A stretch of 64,000 bases of DNA from Octopus sinensis (taxonomy: Eukaryota). The notes beneath the pieces are model-generated. The model had not been told where the DNA came from and did no database searches. It worked only from the letters and a program-made list of their open reading frames with translations. The DNA lies in assembly GCF_006345805.1 (NCBI RefSeq), contig NC_043005.1, positions 31,000,001-31,064,000 on the forward strand, in the 5' to 3' direction. Shown here in pieces: positions 38,291 through 50,466 of the stretch. How positions within the stretch are numbered: the first letter of the stretch is position 1; every line of letters begins with the position of its first letter. Both the position numbers and the translations under genes were made by a program.

Positions 38291-41242
38291 ATAGTATGAA
38301 TTTGATCTGATAAAATGCTTAAACAGTCTTGACTATTAATTCTGCCATGAAGGGAAAATTGAGATGAAGTTTGGGTTTGTACCTGAATAGGGTATAACCA
38401 ATGCCCTTCGCCCAGTAAGCATTGCAGTTGTTCTTAGCTAAAAAATAGGTATCACTATGAATTTTTGAAAATATTTAAATGTAATTTCTACTGTTCTGTA
38501 TCTTGGAGACCATCCAAAAACAACACTTTGATACCTCATTTGTGAAATTTGGATATTTTAAGAAACACTAGTAATGCACCCGTGTTGCCTACATTTTATG
38601 ACCTATAGTTACAGTGTATTATTTGTTCCTTTCTTATGGATAGAATCAGCACACGAGGAGCATGAAGCAAAAAACTATTCTTTATAAACATGTTTTTCCG
38701 TCATTTTCTGATGAACAACACAGCAGTTTCCATCTATCAAATTCAGTCGCAAGTCTGTGGTTGGCCTAAAGCTATAGTAGAAAACACTTGCCCATGCAGA
38801 GGGACTGAATGTGGAACTCTGTTGTTGGGAAGCAAACTTCTCAACCACACAGTCATTCTTTCACCTAATATGTGTGTGTGTGTTTACATTTGTTGTTAAA
38901 TCAAGCATTGTGCCTCACTATGTCTCAAAGTTAGCAGTTCATCAAGCAGAGATCTATATAATATATGCCAGATTGAAATACATACTGAGATCAGTATGAT
39001 CAATTAAATTTTTGAAGGTGATACCTCATCATGGTGAGTCAGACTTAATGGCTTTCAATTTAAGGTAATGGATTACTAACTACAAGATAATGAGTTCAAA
39101 ACTTTGTATTGAGCTTCAACTCTATATGATAACACTATTTGTATATCTCAGTCTATTTGACTTCCAACAATTAACAATTGTAATTTGAAGTTGAATGGTT
39201 AGCAATAAGAAAGATGTCCAGATTTCTTTAAAAATTATTGTGTAAAATATTCTGAGAAAAGGTATTTTTTTCACAACAAAATACACACACAGAGTTAAAG
39301 CCTGTCTGATTACCTCCTTTGTAAAGCCGAAAATCATCATGACAATTGGTCTAGCTGCTTGACTGTGAAGAGGATACAAACAGACAGACAAACATAACAC
39401 CCGTACACCCATTATAGTAAGATGCTGTGCTGGAGAAGACCATTCAACCCATGCAAATATGGAGAACGGATGTAAAAATGAGAATGATATAAGCAGTTCA
39501 GAGCACAACTTGAAAAGTAGAGTTCTGGAATTGTTTCCTGCATTTAGTTTTGTTCATATAATTTTTGACTAATTACTGCCATCGTCTACTGAGATTTTCA
39601 TTTAGTTGGGTTAATAAACATTTAATGTCATGTTATAAATGAATCCCACCACCTATCTTCTATAAATATATTACTGAACTGAACTGAAAAGATAAATCAT
39701 GTCTATTGATTTGAGTACGCAATGAATCTGTTGGTCAAAACATAATAACATTCTTTACATGTCATGGTATATTGGATTACTATTCTCAACAAGGAAACTT
39801 AAAGAAATACCTAACTTTGCTTAGTATATCAAAAGTATTTCAGGTAACCTCAATACTACTTATATTTATTTCACCTTAATATAAATAATGAATTCCAATA
39901 TAGTTCTTTACAGTTGTATACATTAGGATGCACACTACCTTACTGAAAAATGTTTACATTGTAAAAATATTTGGAAAATTATCTTTCACTTTACTCCCAA
40001 AGTAGGTGGTATTACCCCCCTCCCTCCCCGAGTAGTGGAAAATGACAAGGGGCATTGAAGAAAAGTAAGGCGATTCATGTAAAAACAACAAAATGATAGG
40101 TTTGTTAGGTAAAATTTTATTTGTAAAATACGGTTGCATTGAATTTGCTTCAGAAAGAGGTCTATGGTGGTTAGTTGGGGTGGGATGCTAGGAATGTGGC
40201 CTGGGTGTCAAGTGGGCAGCAGCCCGAAAAAGCTTGGGAATATTGCTGTAAAGCAATATTCCCCAAAACTGCAGACAAGATTGGCATCAATAATTATACC
40301 ACTTTATAAAAATTTCAATACCTTATATGCAATTAATGTGTTGCTGTGTTGTTTGTTCTAGAAATCATAAATAACAAAATATCACACATGTAAGTTTTAT
40401 ACATGTATGTAATTTTAAACAGTATCAGTGAATTGGGAAATATGTTTTTCTTAGAATGCTTCTCACTTGGCTAACCTCAACAGACTGACTACATTATGTA
40501 TTCAATGACCATTACCACCACTATTTAATGTACAAAGTTATCCTATTGTTTATTTCTCATTCCCTGCATAACCTTTGGTAGCTGGTATTGAGTATCAAAT
40601 AACATTATTAAATTACAGTTTCAAAGTTAACAGTTAATGAAGACCAGTTTGGAGAAATTTGCATCTTTTATCACACATTGCCCAAGTTTTTGGCTAGTTC
40701 TGTGTATAAAATGATAGGTGAATAATTTAATAATGAACCAGCTTTATTTCAATTTCAGGTTATTAAGGATTATTTACAATGAATAATGAGATCAGAAGTT
40801 AGGATTCTGGGTTTTACAGAAAAGATGCCAAAAGATTCATACTATATGTAACATTATGTATAACAGACATGTTCAACACACTCCAGCATGTAGAATGTAC
40901 ATTTAGATTATGATAATTCACAAATTATACGATCTACTTTGCATAAATAAAAGAAGTGATAAAATTACATAAAACTAAACCAACAACAGAAGCATTCTTT
41001 TGATGGGATATATACTTAACAAAATTCTCATGGTATATGATGAAAGAATGTATATATGATCCAGAATATTTGTAATGTATCATGCATATATTCTAAAAGG
41101 AAGGTTTTACAAAAAAATTATCACAGTGACAAGGTATTTCATCAATGTAGGTATAGTTGAAGATATATAAAATTTAGAACTAGCAATCCAAATTTGATGT
41201 TTAAGACATTTTTTCAGAGACGTATTTTTGATAAAGATGCAG

Positions 41243-42421
41243 TTACTCTACTGTATGAATACATATATGTGTAGTTAAGTGACATTTTTGAGAGAATGAT
41301 TTATCACAGACTTCACAGTGACATGGCTTCTCTCCAGTATGAATGCGTTTGTGATTAGTTAAGTGATCATTTCGGGAGAATGACTTACCACATATACCAC
41401 AGTGGTATGGCTTCTCTCCTGTATGAATGCGTTTGTGTTCAGTCAAATGATGGTTTCGAGAGAATGATTTACCACAGATATCACAGTGATATGGCTTCTC
41501 TCCTGTATGAATGCGTTTGTGAGTTGTTAAGGTAAGTCCGTGAGAGAATGCTTTACCACAGATATCACAATGATATGGCTTCTCTCCTGTATGAATCCGT
41601 TTGTGAGATGTTAACTCACAATTCTGAGAGAATGAGTTACCACAAATCTCACAGCGATATGGTTTTTCTCCTGTATGGATGCGTTTGTGAGTAATTAAGT
41701 AATCATTTCGAGAGAATGATTTACCACAGATATCACAATGATATGGCTTTTCTCCTCTATGAATACGTTTGTGAGTTGTTAAATGACTTGTTTGTGAGAA
41801 TAATTTACCACAGATATCACAGTGGTATGGTTCTTCTCCTGTATGAACACGTTTATGAGTGGTTAAGTGGCTTGTTTGAGAAAACAATTTCCCACAGATA
41901 TCACAATGGTATGGCTTCTCTCCTGTATGAATGTGTTTGTGAGTAGTTAAATGATAATTTCGAGAAAATGATTTACCACAAATATCACAGTGATATGGTT
42001 TCTCTCCTGTATGAATGCGTTTATGATTAGTTAAGGTAATTCCATGAGAGAAAGATTTACCACAAATGTCACAGTGGTATGGTTTCTCTCCTGTATGAAT
42101 ACGTTTGTGTGTAGTTAAGTGGCCCTTTTCAGAAAATGATTTCCCACAGATGTCACAGTGATATGGTTTTTCTCCAGTCTGAATGTGCTTGTGATTTGTT
42201 AAGTGGCTTTTGTGAGAGAATGATGTATTACAGATATCACAGTGATATGGCTCATCCCCTGTATGAATGCTTCTGTGAGTAGTAAAGTTGCCTTCTCTAC
42301 AGAATGATTTACCACAGATATCACAATGGTATGATGGTTTCCTTTTCTCTTTTCTTATATCATAAGGTAAACCAATCTTTTTAGATTGTATTTTACATTT
42401 AACCTTGTTCTCACAATTCAT
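41243..42421 (-). CDS. C2H2 zinc-finger protein, 13 tandem fingers in one exon
   Basis: Repeated [11 protein letters not shown]...[10 protein letters not shown] at 84-bp period; finger 2 ends Q instead of H. Possible splice acceptor tttcag| near 42745, so the true start is uncertain. Confidence 0.9.
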   Translation of the reverse strand: MNCENKVKCKIQSKKIGLPYDIRKEKRKPSYHCDICGKSFCREGNFTTHRSIHTGDEPYHCDICNTSFSHKSHLTNHKHIQTGEKPYHCDICGKSFSEKGHLTTHKRIHTGEKPYHCDICGKSFSHGITLTNHKRIHTGEKPYHCDICGKSFSRNYHLTTHKHIHTGEKPYHCDICGKLFSQTSHLTTHKRVHTGEEPYHCDICGKLFSQTSHLTTHKRIHRGEKPYHCDICGKSFSRNDYLITHKRIHTGEKPYRCEICGNSFSQNCELTSHKRIHTGEKPYHCDICGKAFSHGLTLTTHKRIHTGEKPYHCDICGKSFSRNHHLTEHKRIHTGEKPYHCGICGKSFSRNDHLTNHKRIHTGEKPCHCEVCDKSFSQKCHLTTHICIHTVE

Positions 42422-42869
42422 TTTCTATAATCTCACTACAAATCATAGATGTCTTTTTTTGTTTTTATAATTTATCCTATGGAAACTTTCTGATGCTATA
42501 TTCTCAACAACAAGATCAGAAGATGCAATAAACTTCCTAATGATCCATGTTTAATTAGAAAGTAAAATAATTTTCCAGACATTCACATTCAGTTACAGGA
42601 AATGTTTCACAGCAATTTACAATATATTCAACAAAACAAAGTAATAACTTTTCTCTAGTGTCTTCCTTTAGTCTTTAAAAGATGATAGATATCGATGATG
42701 CTTCTCAAGCAAAAACTTCTGTTATGCCAATGCCATCTGATATTCTGAAATAATACAGAAACAGTATAAGATGCAGAAGATATTTAAAATGTAAAGATTA
42801 AACAGTGGAAATCTTACATTTCTAAATTTATAAACTGCTGATATAAACATCTACCTTAATATTGGTTTC

Positions 42870-43055
42870 AAATTTTGGCACAAGGCCAGTAAAATTATAT
42901 CAACCTCAGTGCTCAACTGGTACTTATTTTATCAACTCAAGAAGGATGAAAAGCAAAGTCAATTTTGGTGGAATTTGAACTCAAAACATAAAAACAGAGG
43001 AAATGCAACTAAGCATTTGGCCCATTATGCTAATGATTCTGCCAGCTTGCCACTT
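42870..43055 (-). mobile_element. SINE-like repeat (family B)
   Basis: Reverse complement ggcaagctggcagaatcattagcat...gagttcaaattccacc...aataagtaccagttgagcactgagg. Confidence 0.6.
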
Positions 43056-43419
43056 TAAATATCCACTTTAATATCAAACTTTATGTTTTAATTTGTTGTA
43101 CAAATTACATCATACAACATATACAAGGGTCGTATAATGTAACTACTGATTTCAGCCACATCTTCAAATTGTGTAGCATTATATATACTAGTGTGAATAT
43201 GTTATTTTTAAGATAGCAAGTTTTACAATAATTTGATATCATTGTATCATATATTCCTATAGTGTCTATAGCATGCATGTTGGAAGAGCACTGGCAAGAC
43301 ATACAACATGAAGGAAGCTTGAATGTCAACAGTGGAAAACATAAAGTAGAGTATTGATATTAAAAGAACATGCATTTATAAAAGCAATGAAAAATTATTG
43401 CCAATTAATTTTAATATAT

Positions 43420-43469
<50 letters not shown>

Positions 43470-43570
43470 TAAAATGAGGGTGAAAAAATTGGATATTAAT
43501 TTAATAACATCATTTTAACACCAGTGGTTTAGCGCATAAAAAACTGAGATTCAGTAAATATTATTAATAC

Positions 43571-43803
43571 ATATATGAGAGGGAATCCACTATATGGATG
43601 CCCTTAAGCTAAAAAGAGATCCGCATGAGTCTCAACCACTAAGAATTGTTCTCAAGAAAAATTTAGCACACTATGAACGTAGTCCTGCTCGCTTACGTTC
43701 ATAGAGTGCTAAATTTTTCTTGAGAACAATTCTTAGTGGTTGAGACTCATGTGGATCTCTTTTTAGCGTAAGGGCATCCATATAGTGGATTCTTTCTCAT
43801 ATA
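43571..43803. repeat. Near-perfect palindrome (~110-bp arms) embedded in (TA)n
   Basis: gagagggaatccactatatggatgccctt...ctatgaacgta, ~12-nt loop, tacgttcatag...aagggcatccatatagtggattctttctc. Diverged single-arm homologue at 44860-44960. Confidence 0.9.
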
Positions 43804-45439
43804 TATATACACACACACACAGACTTTGGCACATTTTTAGTACAGTTTGTAGTTGTTACTAAACACAATATAATTGTAAATACCATTAACCTATCTACAT
43901 TTATGTGTAGAGAAAAATCAAGCCTATCACATTCACATTGTTGTAACTCTTGATGTAAACCAAACAAAAGAAGCGTATTGTTTGTTTATATTTAACATGC
44001 AGTTATGTAATCAAATACTGTTACATACAAAATGAAAGTGAAGTGAAGCAAGCTGATATGTAGATATTTAATCTTAGTATTACTTATGTTGAAAAGGAAA
44101 ATACTAAAAGTGTATTTACCATTGATAAAACAATGAAAGCTTGTGACAGTTGAAAATGCAAAATTTAAAGCAAACAGCTATAAGATGAAATATTGCAAAG
44201 CAGTTGTTAACATAAATTATATTTAATATTAAAAAAACAGTGATCAACAAATGAAGAATATTAACTATAAAAAGACAGTGAAACATAAGCTGCAATAATA
44301 AGAACATATCTTACTACTGCAAAGATTTCAACATCAAAATAGCAACTGAAATGGGCTTAAAACAAAATATTATTATTAGTAAAGAAGCAGGAAAAAACAC
44401 ATAACAATAATAAATTTGTAAGTAAAGAGCAATGGAAATTTTTCTATAGCTTATATGACACACAAATAGCAAAGTGATGTAGATATTCAAATATACAATG
44501 TTTGCCAAGAAGAAATTCAAATGAGAGGTTAGCTATGTTTATGCTCGAGCATAAACTGTGGTTTAGTCATGAACACTTCACTTTGACTGGGCATAGTATT
44601 AGAAGAGGTTACTGTCTTTCATTCCACATGGGTACTAGAAGGCCAGAATAAACATGTACTTTTTAAAATAATATCAAGGATACATATATATATATATATA
44701 TTTCATGTCTTTGGAGAGTCATTATACCAATATGTGCTGACTAACACCACTTCTTTTGAATACCTAACCAACTAATCAATTAATTGTTTAATGTGCTGCT
44801 TAAACAATACAAAAATGAAGTACACATATATTAATATGTATATATATATATTGTATACATATGAGAGAGAAACCACTATGTGGATGCCCTTATGCTAGAA
44901 GTAAGTCCGCTATGGTCGCACCACTAAGAAATGTTCTCAAATAAATTCAGCAAATAACCAAAACGTAATCGAGCTAGACAAAAAAAAAAGCCATAAAAAT
45001 ATGGATTATTCACATACGTTTCACTATCACCATATTACGTAATTTAACTACAAAAACAAAGCTATATTTATGTATAATGGTGTGCCTTCTCCTCCTACCC
45101 TAATAGCTTTGAAGTACAAGAACGCGATGCCACCATGAAAGTGAGCAAAGCTTACCTCTAAAACTTCGTGCAAACGACAAAATGCGGCAAAGGCATTCAC
45201 AGGTATGTCATGCTTAAGCGAAGATTGATTTCTTTACTAAGTTTAATTGACTAAAGTCAATGAAGAATTTCAGTAATCTGTTTTTATTCTCCTCCTGTAT
45301 ATCCCCGTAAGTTGTCTTTCATATTATCCTATATTACTCACATAAGCATCACCAAAATGAACAAACTTTTAAAAACTCATATGCTTAAATGGTTACTCAC
45401 AAGTAAAATTAATTAGCATTTATTTTATTTCATCAGGAA

Positions 45440-46640
45440 ATGGCTACAGAGAGAGAAGCTTGCCTAACTGCAGATAGAACAGCCCATCAAAGAGCAAGGC
45501 AAGCAGAGATAGCAACAGACAGAGAAGCTTGCCTAACTGCAGATAGAACAGCCCATCAAAGAGCAAGGCAAGCAGAGATAGCAACAGACAGAGAAGCTTG
45601 CCTAACTGCAGATAGAACAGCCCATCAAAGAGCAAGGCAAGCAGAGATAGCAACAGACAGAGAAGCTTGCCTAACTGCAGATAGACAGTCACACCAACAC
45701 ATGAGAAAAGCTGAAAACGCACCTGCAAGAAGGCTAAGACAGATATTTTACAGAAGTGCATGAGCAGCAGCCAAAGCAACTAGGAACATTGTCTGGCTCA
45801 AGGCTGTCTTCAGCTTTGACCTTACTAATGATTATGGCAGCAATTCGAAGGTCTCCATTGGGAGAATAGATAATGTCTGCACATTCTGCAGGGCTATTAA
45901 GTGGCCAGGTGAGCCACCAGCCATGTATTGTACAGGAGAAAAAGTGAGACTGGAAGCATTGCAAGCTCCACCAGACATACTGAGGCAGTTGCTTCCAGAT
46001 GACACCCCAAAAGCCAAGAACTTTCATAGTAAAATCTGGAAGTACAATGCATCATTTATAATGACATCCTTTGGTGTAGACAATGGCTTGATGGACCGAG
46101 GTTTCTTCACAATCTATAAGATCCAAGGGCAGTGCTATCACTGCTTGGGTAGCCTGCAACCACTGTCAGATGAAGAACCCAAGTAAATTCAGATGTTTTT
46201 CATGGGTGGTGCCAATGATGAAATTAACCAGCGCTGCAAGCTCAGCTCAGGTGTCGACAGATAATAGCAGACCTCCAGACTATGCTACATGCAACTCACC
46301 CCTATGTCCACAGCTTCAAGTATGTTTTGGAGTGAACGGAGATCATGCCTGATCTCAAAGTGATTATCAAGGCTGACAGGCGACCAGCTGGCGAACATGA
46401 CCAGCAGTTCAATACACCTGCAACAAATGAGGTTGCAATCATTCTGGTTGGAGAAGAGCATGGTAAATGTGACATAATCCTGAAGCACCACGACAACCAC
46501 TTACCATCCATTAACGAGACATACAGATCATATGATTGCTTGCAATAGCCTTTGATGTTTCCACATGGAGAGGATGGGTATAATTTTGAGCTGCACCAAG
46601 TAGACCCAGTAAATGGACAGGAGACCAACAAACATATTTC
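45440..46640 (+). mobile_element. Helitron Rep N-terminal remnant
   Basis: 69-bp coding repeats, CTFCRAIKWPGEPP, YNASFIMTSFG, YKIQGQCYHCLGSLQP, NEVAIILVGE and Q*PLMFPHGEDGY, with stops and frameshifts. Confidence 0.82.
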
Positions 46641-46689
46641 TTGCAAGGATTTTTAGGCCTGTGATTTGTTGCAGAAATGTGAAAACATG

Positions 46690-47170
46690 ATCTATTTTGA
46701 AGAGAACTGTGACAGGTGATGAAAGGTGGATCATCCATAAAAATGTGAAGTGCAAACGATCATGGGGGAAGCATGGTGAACCACCACTAACAATCTCCAA
46801 ATCAGGGGGCTTCACCCAAAGAATGTTATGCTTTCAATTTGGTGGTATTGTCTTCCCACAGACAAGGCCATCAATTTGGATGTGTACTATGACCAGCTAG
46901 ACAAATTAAATGCAGTGATCAACCAGAAGTGTCCAGCACTTGCTAATTGTTAGGGCATTGTCTTTCAACACAATGCCAGACCACACACTTCTTTGCAGAC
47001 ATGGCAGAAATTATTGTGTGACACCCTCCATCTAGAACCTTCAAATTTCCACCTGTTTTGGTCTCTTTAAAATTTGATGAATGAACAAACCTTCAACTTT
47101 GAAAAGGATGTAAAAATTGGGGGAGTTTTCGTCAGTAAACACAGGAAGTCCTTTGAGCAGGGAATGTCGT
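46690..47170 (+). mobile_element. Mariner-like transposase remnant
   Basis: RTVTGDERWI, YYDQLDKL and HNARPH motifs. Confidence 0.75.
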
Positions 47171-47464
47171 ATTTTCACTTCATTAGTATGGTGGAAACTG
47201 TAGAAATACTCAGTATAAATAACTGAAACAGTATTAAATTAAAATCACCATTTGTGCACAAGCCTCAGTCACATAATTACTGCAGCAACAATGTTCAGCT
47301 CACTTCAGTATATATTGTGCTTTAACACAAACCTATGAAGAGATTTTATCTCAAACAATTCTACAGTAGAAGGCCTTCAAACTGTGTGTATAAATTTAGT
47401 ATGATACACAGATGAAGATTTTAATTTAATGCTATTTTATAGATCTGCTTTAACATGTATATGT

Positions 47465-47830
47465 TTAAGGTGGTGAGCTAGCAGGGCCATTAGCATGCTA
47501 AGTAAAATGTTTAGTAGCATTTCATCTGCTTTTACATTCTGAGTTCAAATTCCACTGAGGTCAACTTTGTCTTTCATCCTTTCAGAGTTGATAAAATATG
47601 TACAAGTTGAGTACTAGGGTCAATGTAATCAACTTACCTTCTCCCACAAAATTGCTGGCCTTGTGCCCAAATTTGAAATCAACACCAAATTACGTTTAAG
47701 GTGATAAGCTGGTAGAATTGTTAGGACGCTGGGGAAAATGTTTGGCAGCGTATGGTCTGTCTTTACATTCTGAGTTCAAATTTTCAAAGGTCAACCTTGC
47801 CTTACATCCTTTTGAGGGTCAATAAAACAA
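47465..47830 (+). mobile_element. Two tandem SINE-like copies (family B)
   Basis: tttaaggtggtgagct...ttctgagttcaaatt...ggtcaac...catccttt occurs at about 47465 and 47695. Confidence 0.6.
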
Positions 47831-49018
47831 GTGGAATTCTGGTTTAAGCACACCATATAACCCATAAGAGCTTATATTATTTTTTGGAATTTTCAGAAAA
47901 TTTTTCGGATTTGTTCTACACATGGGAATTCATACAATTTTGCAAGAAAAACAAAAGAGTTTTAAAAATGTTTTCCCTGCCTAAACTCTAAAATTTCATG
48001 TTTTTGAGATTTTTTTATTTTTAATCAAAGTTTTAAAATACAGACAGTCTGAATCTGCTATTTGTTTCTGCTTATAATTTCAAAATAATTTTCAGATGAA
48101 AAAGTGTTAAGGGATATTTGGCTGCTATTTTTAGCACATCCCATGAAAACTTGGTACTTTTTTCATTTCTTAGTCATTCTGAAGACATGTACTGTTTTTC
48201 AGTATTTTTCTCCCATAAACATATTTAATGGAATGATGAAGTACACAAGGTTGGTCTATTGCTTGGATTTAAGCAAATTCTTCAAGTGGTGAGTAACTTT
48301 GCCAGAATTTTTGATTTAGAAATTATTTCAAGAAGAAAAAAAAATTTGCAAATTCGTAATTCCCGCTTTTCAAAAAAAAAAACAACATAAAATTCAATTA
48401 AAATTTTAATTATCTTTCTAGAAGTGTAATCTTCCATGTTTAAATCAGAAATCTAAAGAAATTGTCAGCAAAAATTAAAATATATAAATGTTGCGGTCAG
48501 TTAAGAGTGCTTATTCTGAAATTCTGCAAACTTGCAAGTAAAATAATACTAACTACTGATTAACTGATGTCTTAAATTCAATATCATCAATTTTTAATTC
48601 GAACTGCTATTTCAGAGATACCTTGACAAAACTGAACACAGAGCATGAAACTAAATTGATTCAACTATAATCTTAAAAAGACAAGATAATAACAACTACA
48701 ATATCTTTGATGTTTCCTCAATCAGGAACTAAACATGAAATTTGAGGAACTGACCAGCACAAGGTTGAACACTAAATATTTTTGAATTGTTTGATTCAGA
48801 CCTTTTAAGTAATATTAGCCTTTCACTAATGAAGTTTTCTTTCTCTCATTTATTTCTTAATAACTTTCAAATTGTTTTCTGTTTAAGATGGAGTTTGAAT
48901 TATTTAATATGTAAACAATTCTATATTCAGACATCAATAGATGTAGATAACTGCATCATAATCCATTCATCACTACTTGGGTATGTAAAGAGAAGCCTAA
49001 ATATTTAACTATACAATA

Positions 49019-49065
<47 letters not shown>

Positions 49066-49074
49066 CATACATAC

Positions 49075-50150
49075 ACACATGTTAGAAGTAAATAGACACC
49101 CCATAAAACATCGTTTTCTGTTTATTCTAACTTGTAAAGGTTTATATTTTGTATTAATTGACATTTTTATGTTTCAATTTCTATATGTGACTCTTGAATC
49201 ATGCCAAGTACAAAAGAAGCCTTGGAACTGTCTGAATTTCAAAGAGGCCATATTGTGGGTCATTCTGAAGGCGGATATAGTCAGTGTAAAATTGCAGAAA
49301 ACCTTGGGATCCTGCTTTCTACAGTTAATAGAGTGATTGTGCAATTCACCAGAGAAGGGAAGAAGTCCACATCAACCAGAGCCCTCTGACAGCACCCTTC
49401 TCTTTGCTAAGAGAAGTGTGGAGGATAATCCTCGTTGCAAGACCTCTGACATAGCAGAGCAAGTTGATGTCAGTCCCAGAACATCTGTCAGGTATCTCCA
49501 CAAACTTGGTTACTATGGCAGAGTAGGAAGAAGGAAGCCACATCTTTGACCAGCCAATATAAAGCAGAGAAAAGATTGGGCCAGTGAGATGGTGGAGAGG
49601 CCATTAGCATTTTGGGACACTGTCATATTTTCTGATGAGTCCAGATTTGCTGTGTTTCTAGTGGTCGAGTGTGGGTCTGGAGACTCTGTGATCAAGAATT
49701 TGATGTGAAAAGATTGCAACCAGCAATGAAACACACCAGCTATTCTGTGATGGTCTGGGGAACAATTTGGAGCAATGGTTGAACAGAGCTGGTGGAGTGT
49801 GAGGGAAAGATAAACTCAAATAAATATGTGTCCATATTGCAGAAAGAACTCCTTCCAAACATCTCCAGTGGTGAAATGATTAAAGACTCTCTATTTATGG
49901 AAGATGGGATTCCTTGTCACACGGTTAAAATGACCCAAGATTTGTTAGAAAAGAATGGCATTAGAAAGTTTCCATAGCCAAGCCAGTCACCAGATATGAA
50001 CCCTTTAGAACACCTCTGGGGAATAATGGACAGGACATTTCACAAACAGAACAAGAAAGCATCTTCAAAGCCAGATCTTTTGAGATTATTGCTTAAAACT
50101 TAGCAAGAAATTCTGCAAGAGAATATTCACCATCTGATCAGTAACATGCC
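49075..50150 (+). mobile_element. Tc1-family transposon with decayed transposase
   Basis: [14 protein letters not shown] region, FSDESRF, VMVWG, FMEDG and SPDMNPLEHLW across frameshifts and stops; follows a (TA)n tract. Confidence 0.85.
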
Positions 50151-50466
50151 TAATGTACAAAATATGATCTTTAACTTCAATTAAGTAAATTCATTATATT
50201 ACTCTTCATACCAAAATATATTAAAAAACATATTTCACACGGCATGTAAATTACCATGATAATAAAAAAAAACTGGATTTATGATAAAGATGAATCTATA
50301 TAACAGTGAAAGTATGAAACTGAAATAATTATAAGCAAAGATAATTTGCATTATGATACACATATGAGAATTAAACAAATTATTACTAAATTATTTTTGA
50401 TTGATAACTTGTAAATTTATAAAAATTATCATTCATAGATTGAATTATTGCATAAAGACATTAGTA

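Noticed and set aside
38690-40400. Short ORFs in AT-rich intergenic DNA
   Set aside because: No domain motifs, mostly non-ATG starts, and lengths expected by chance.
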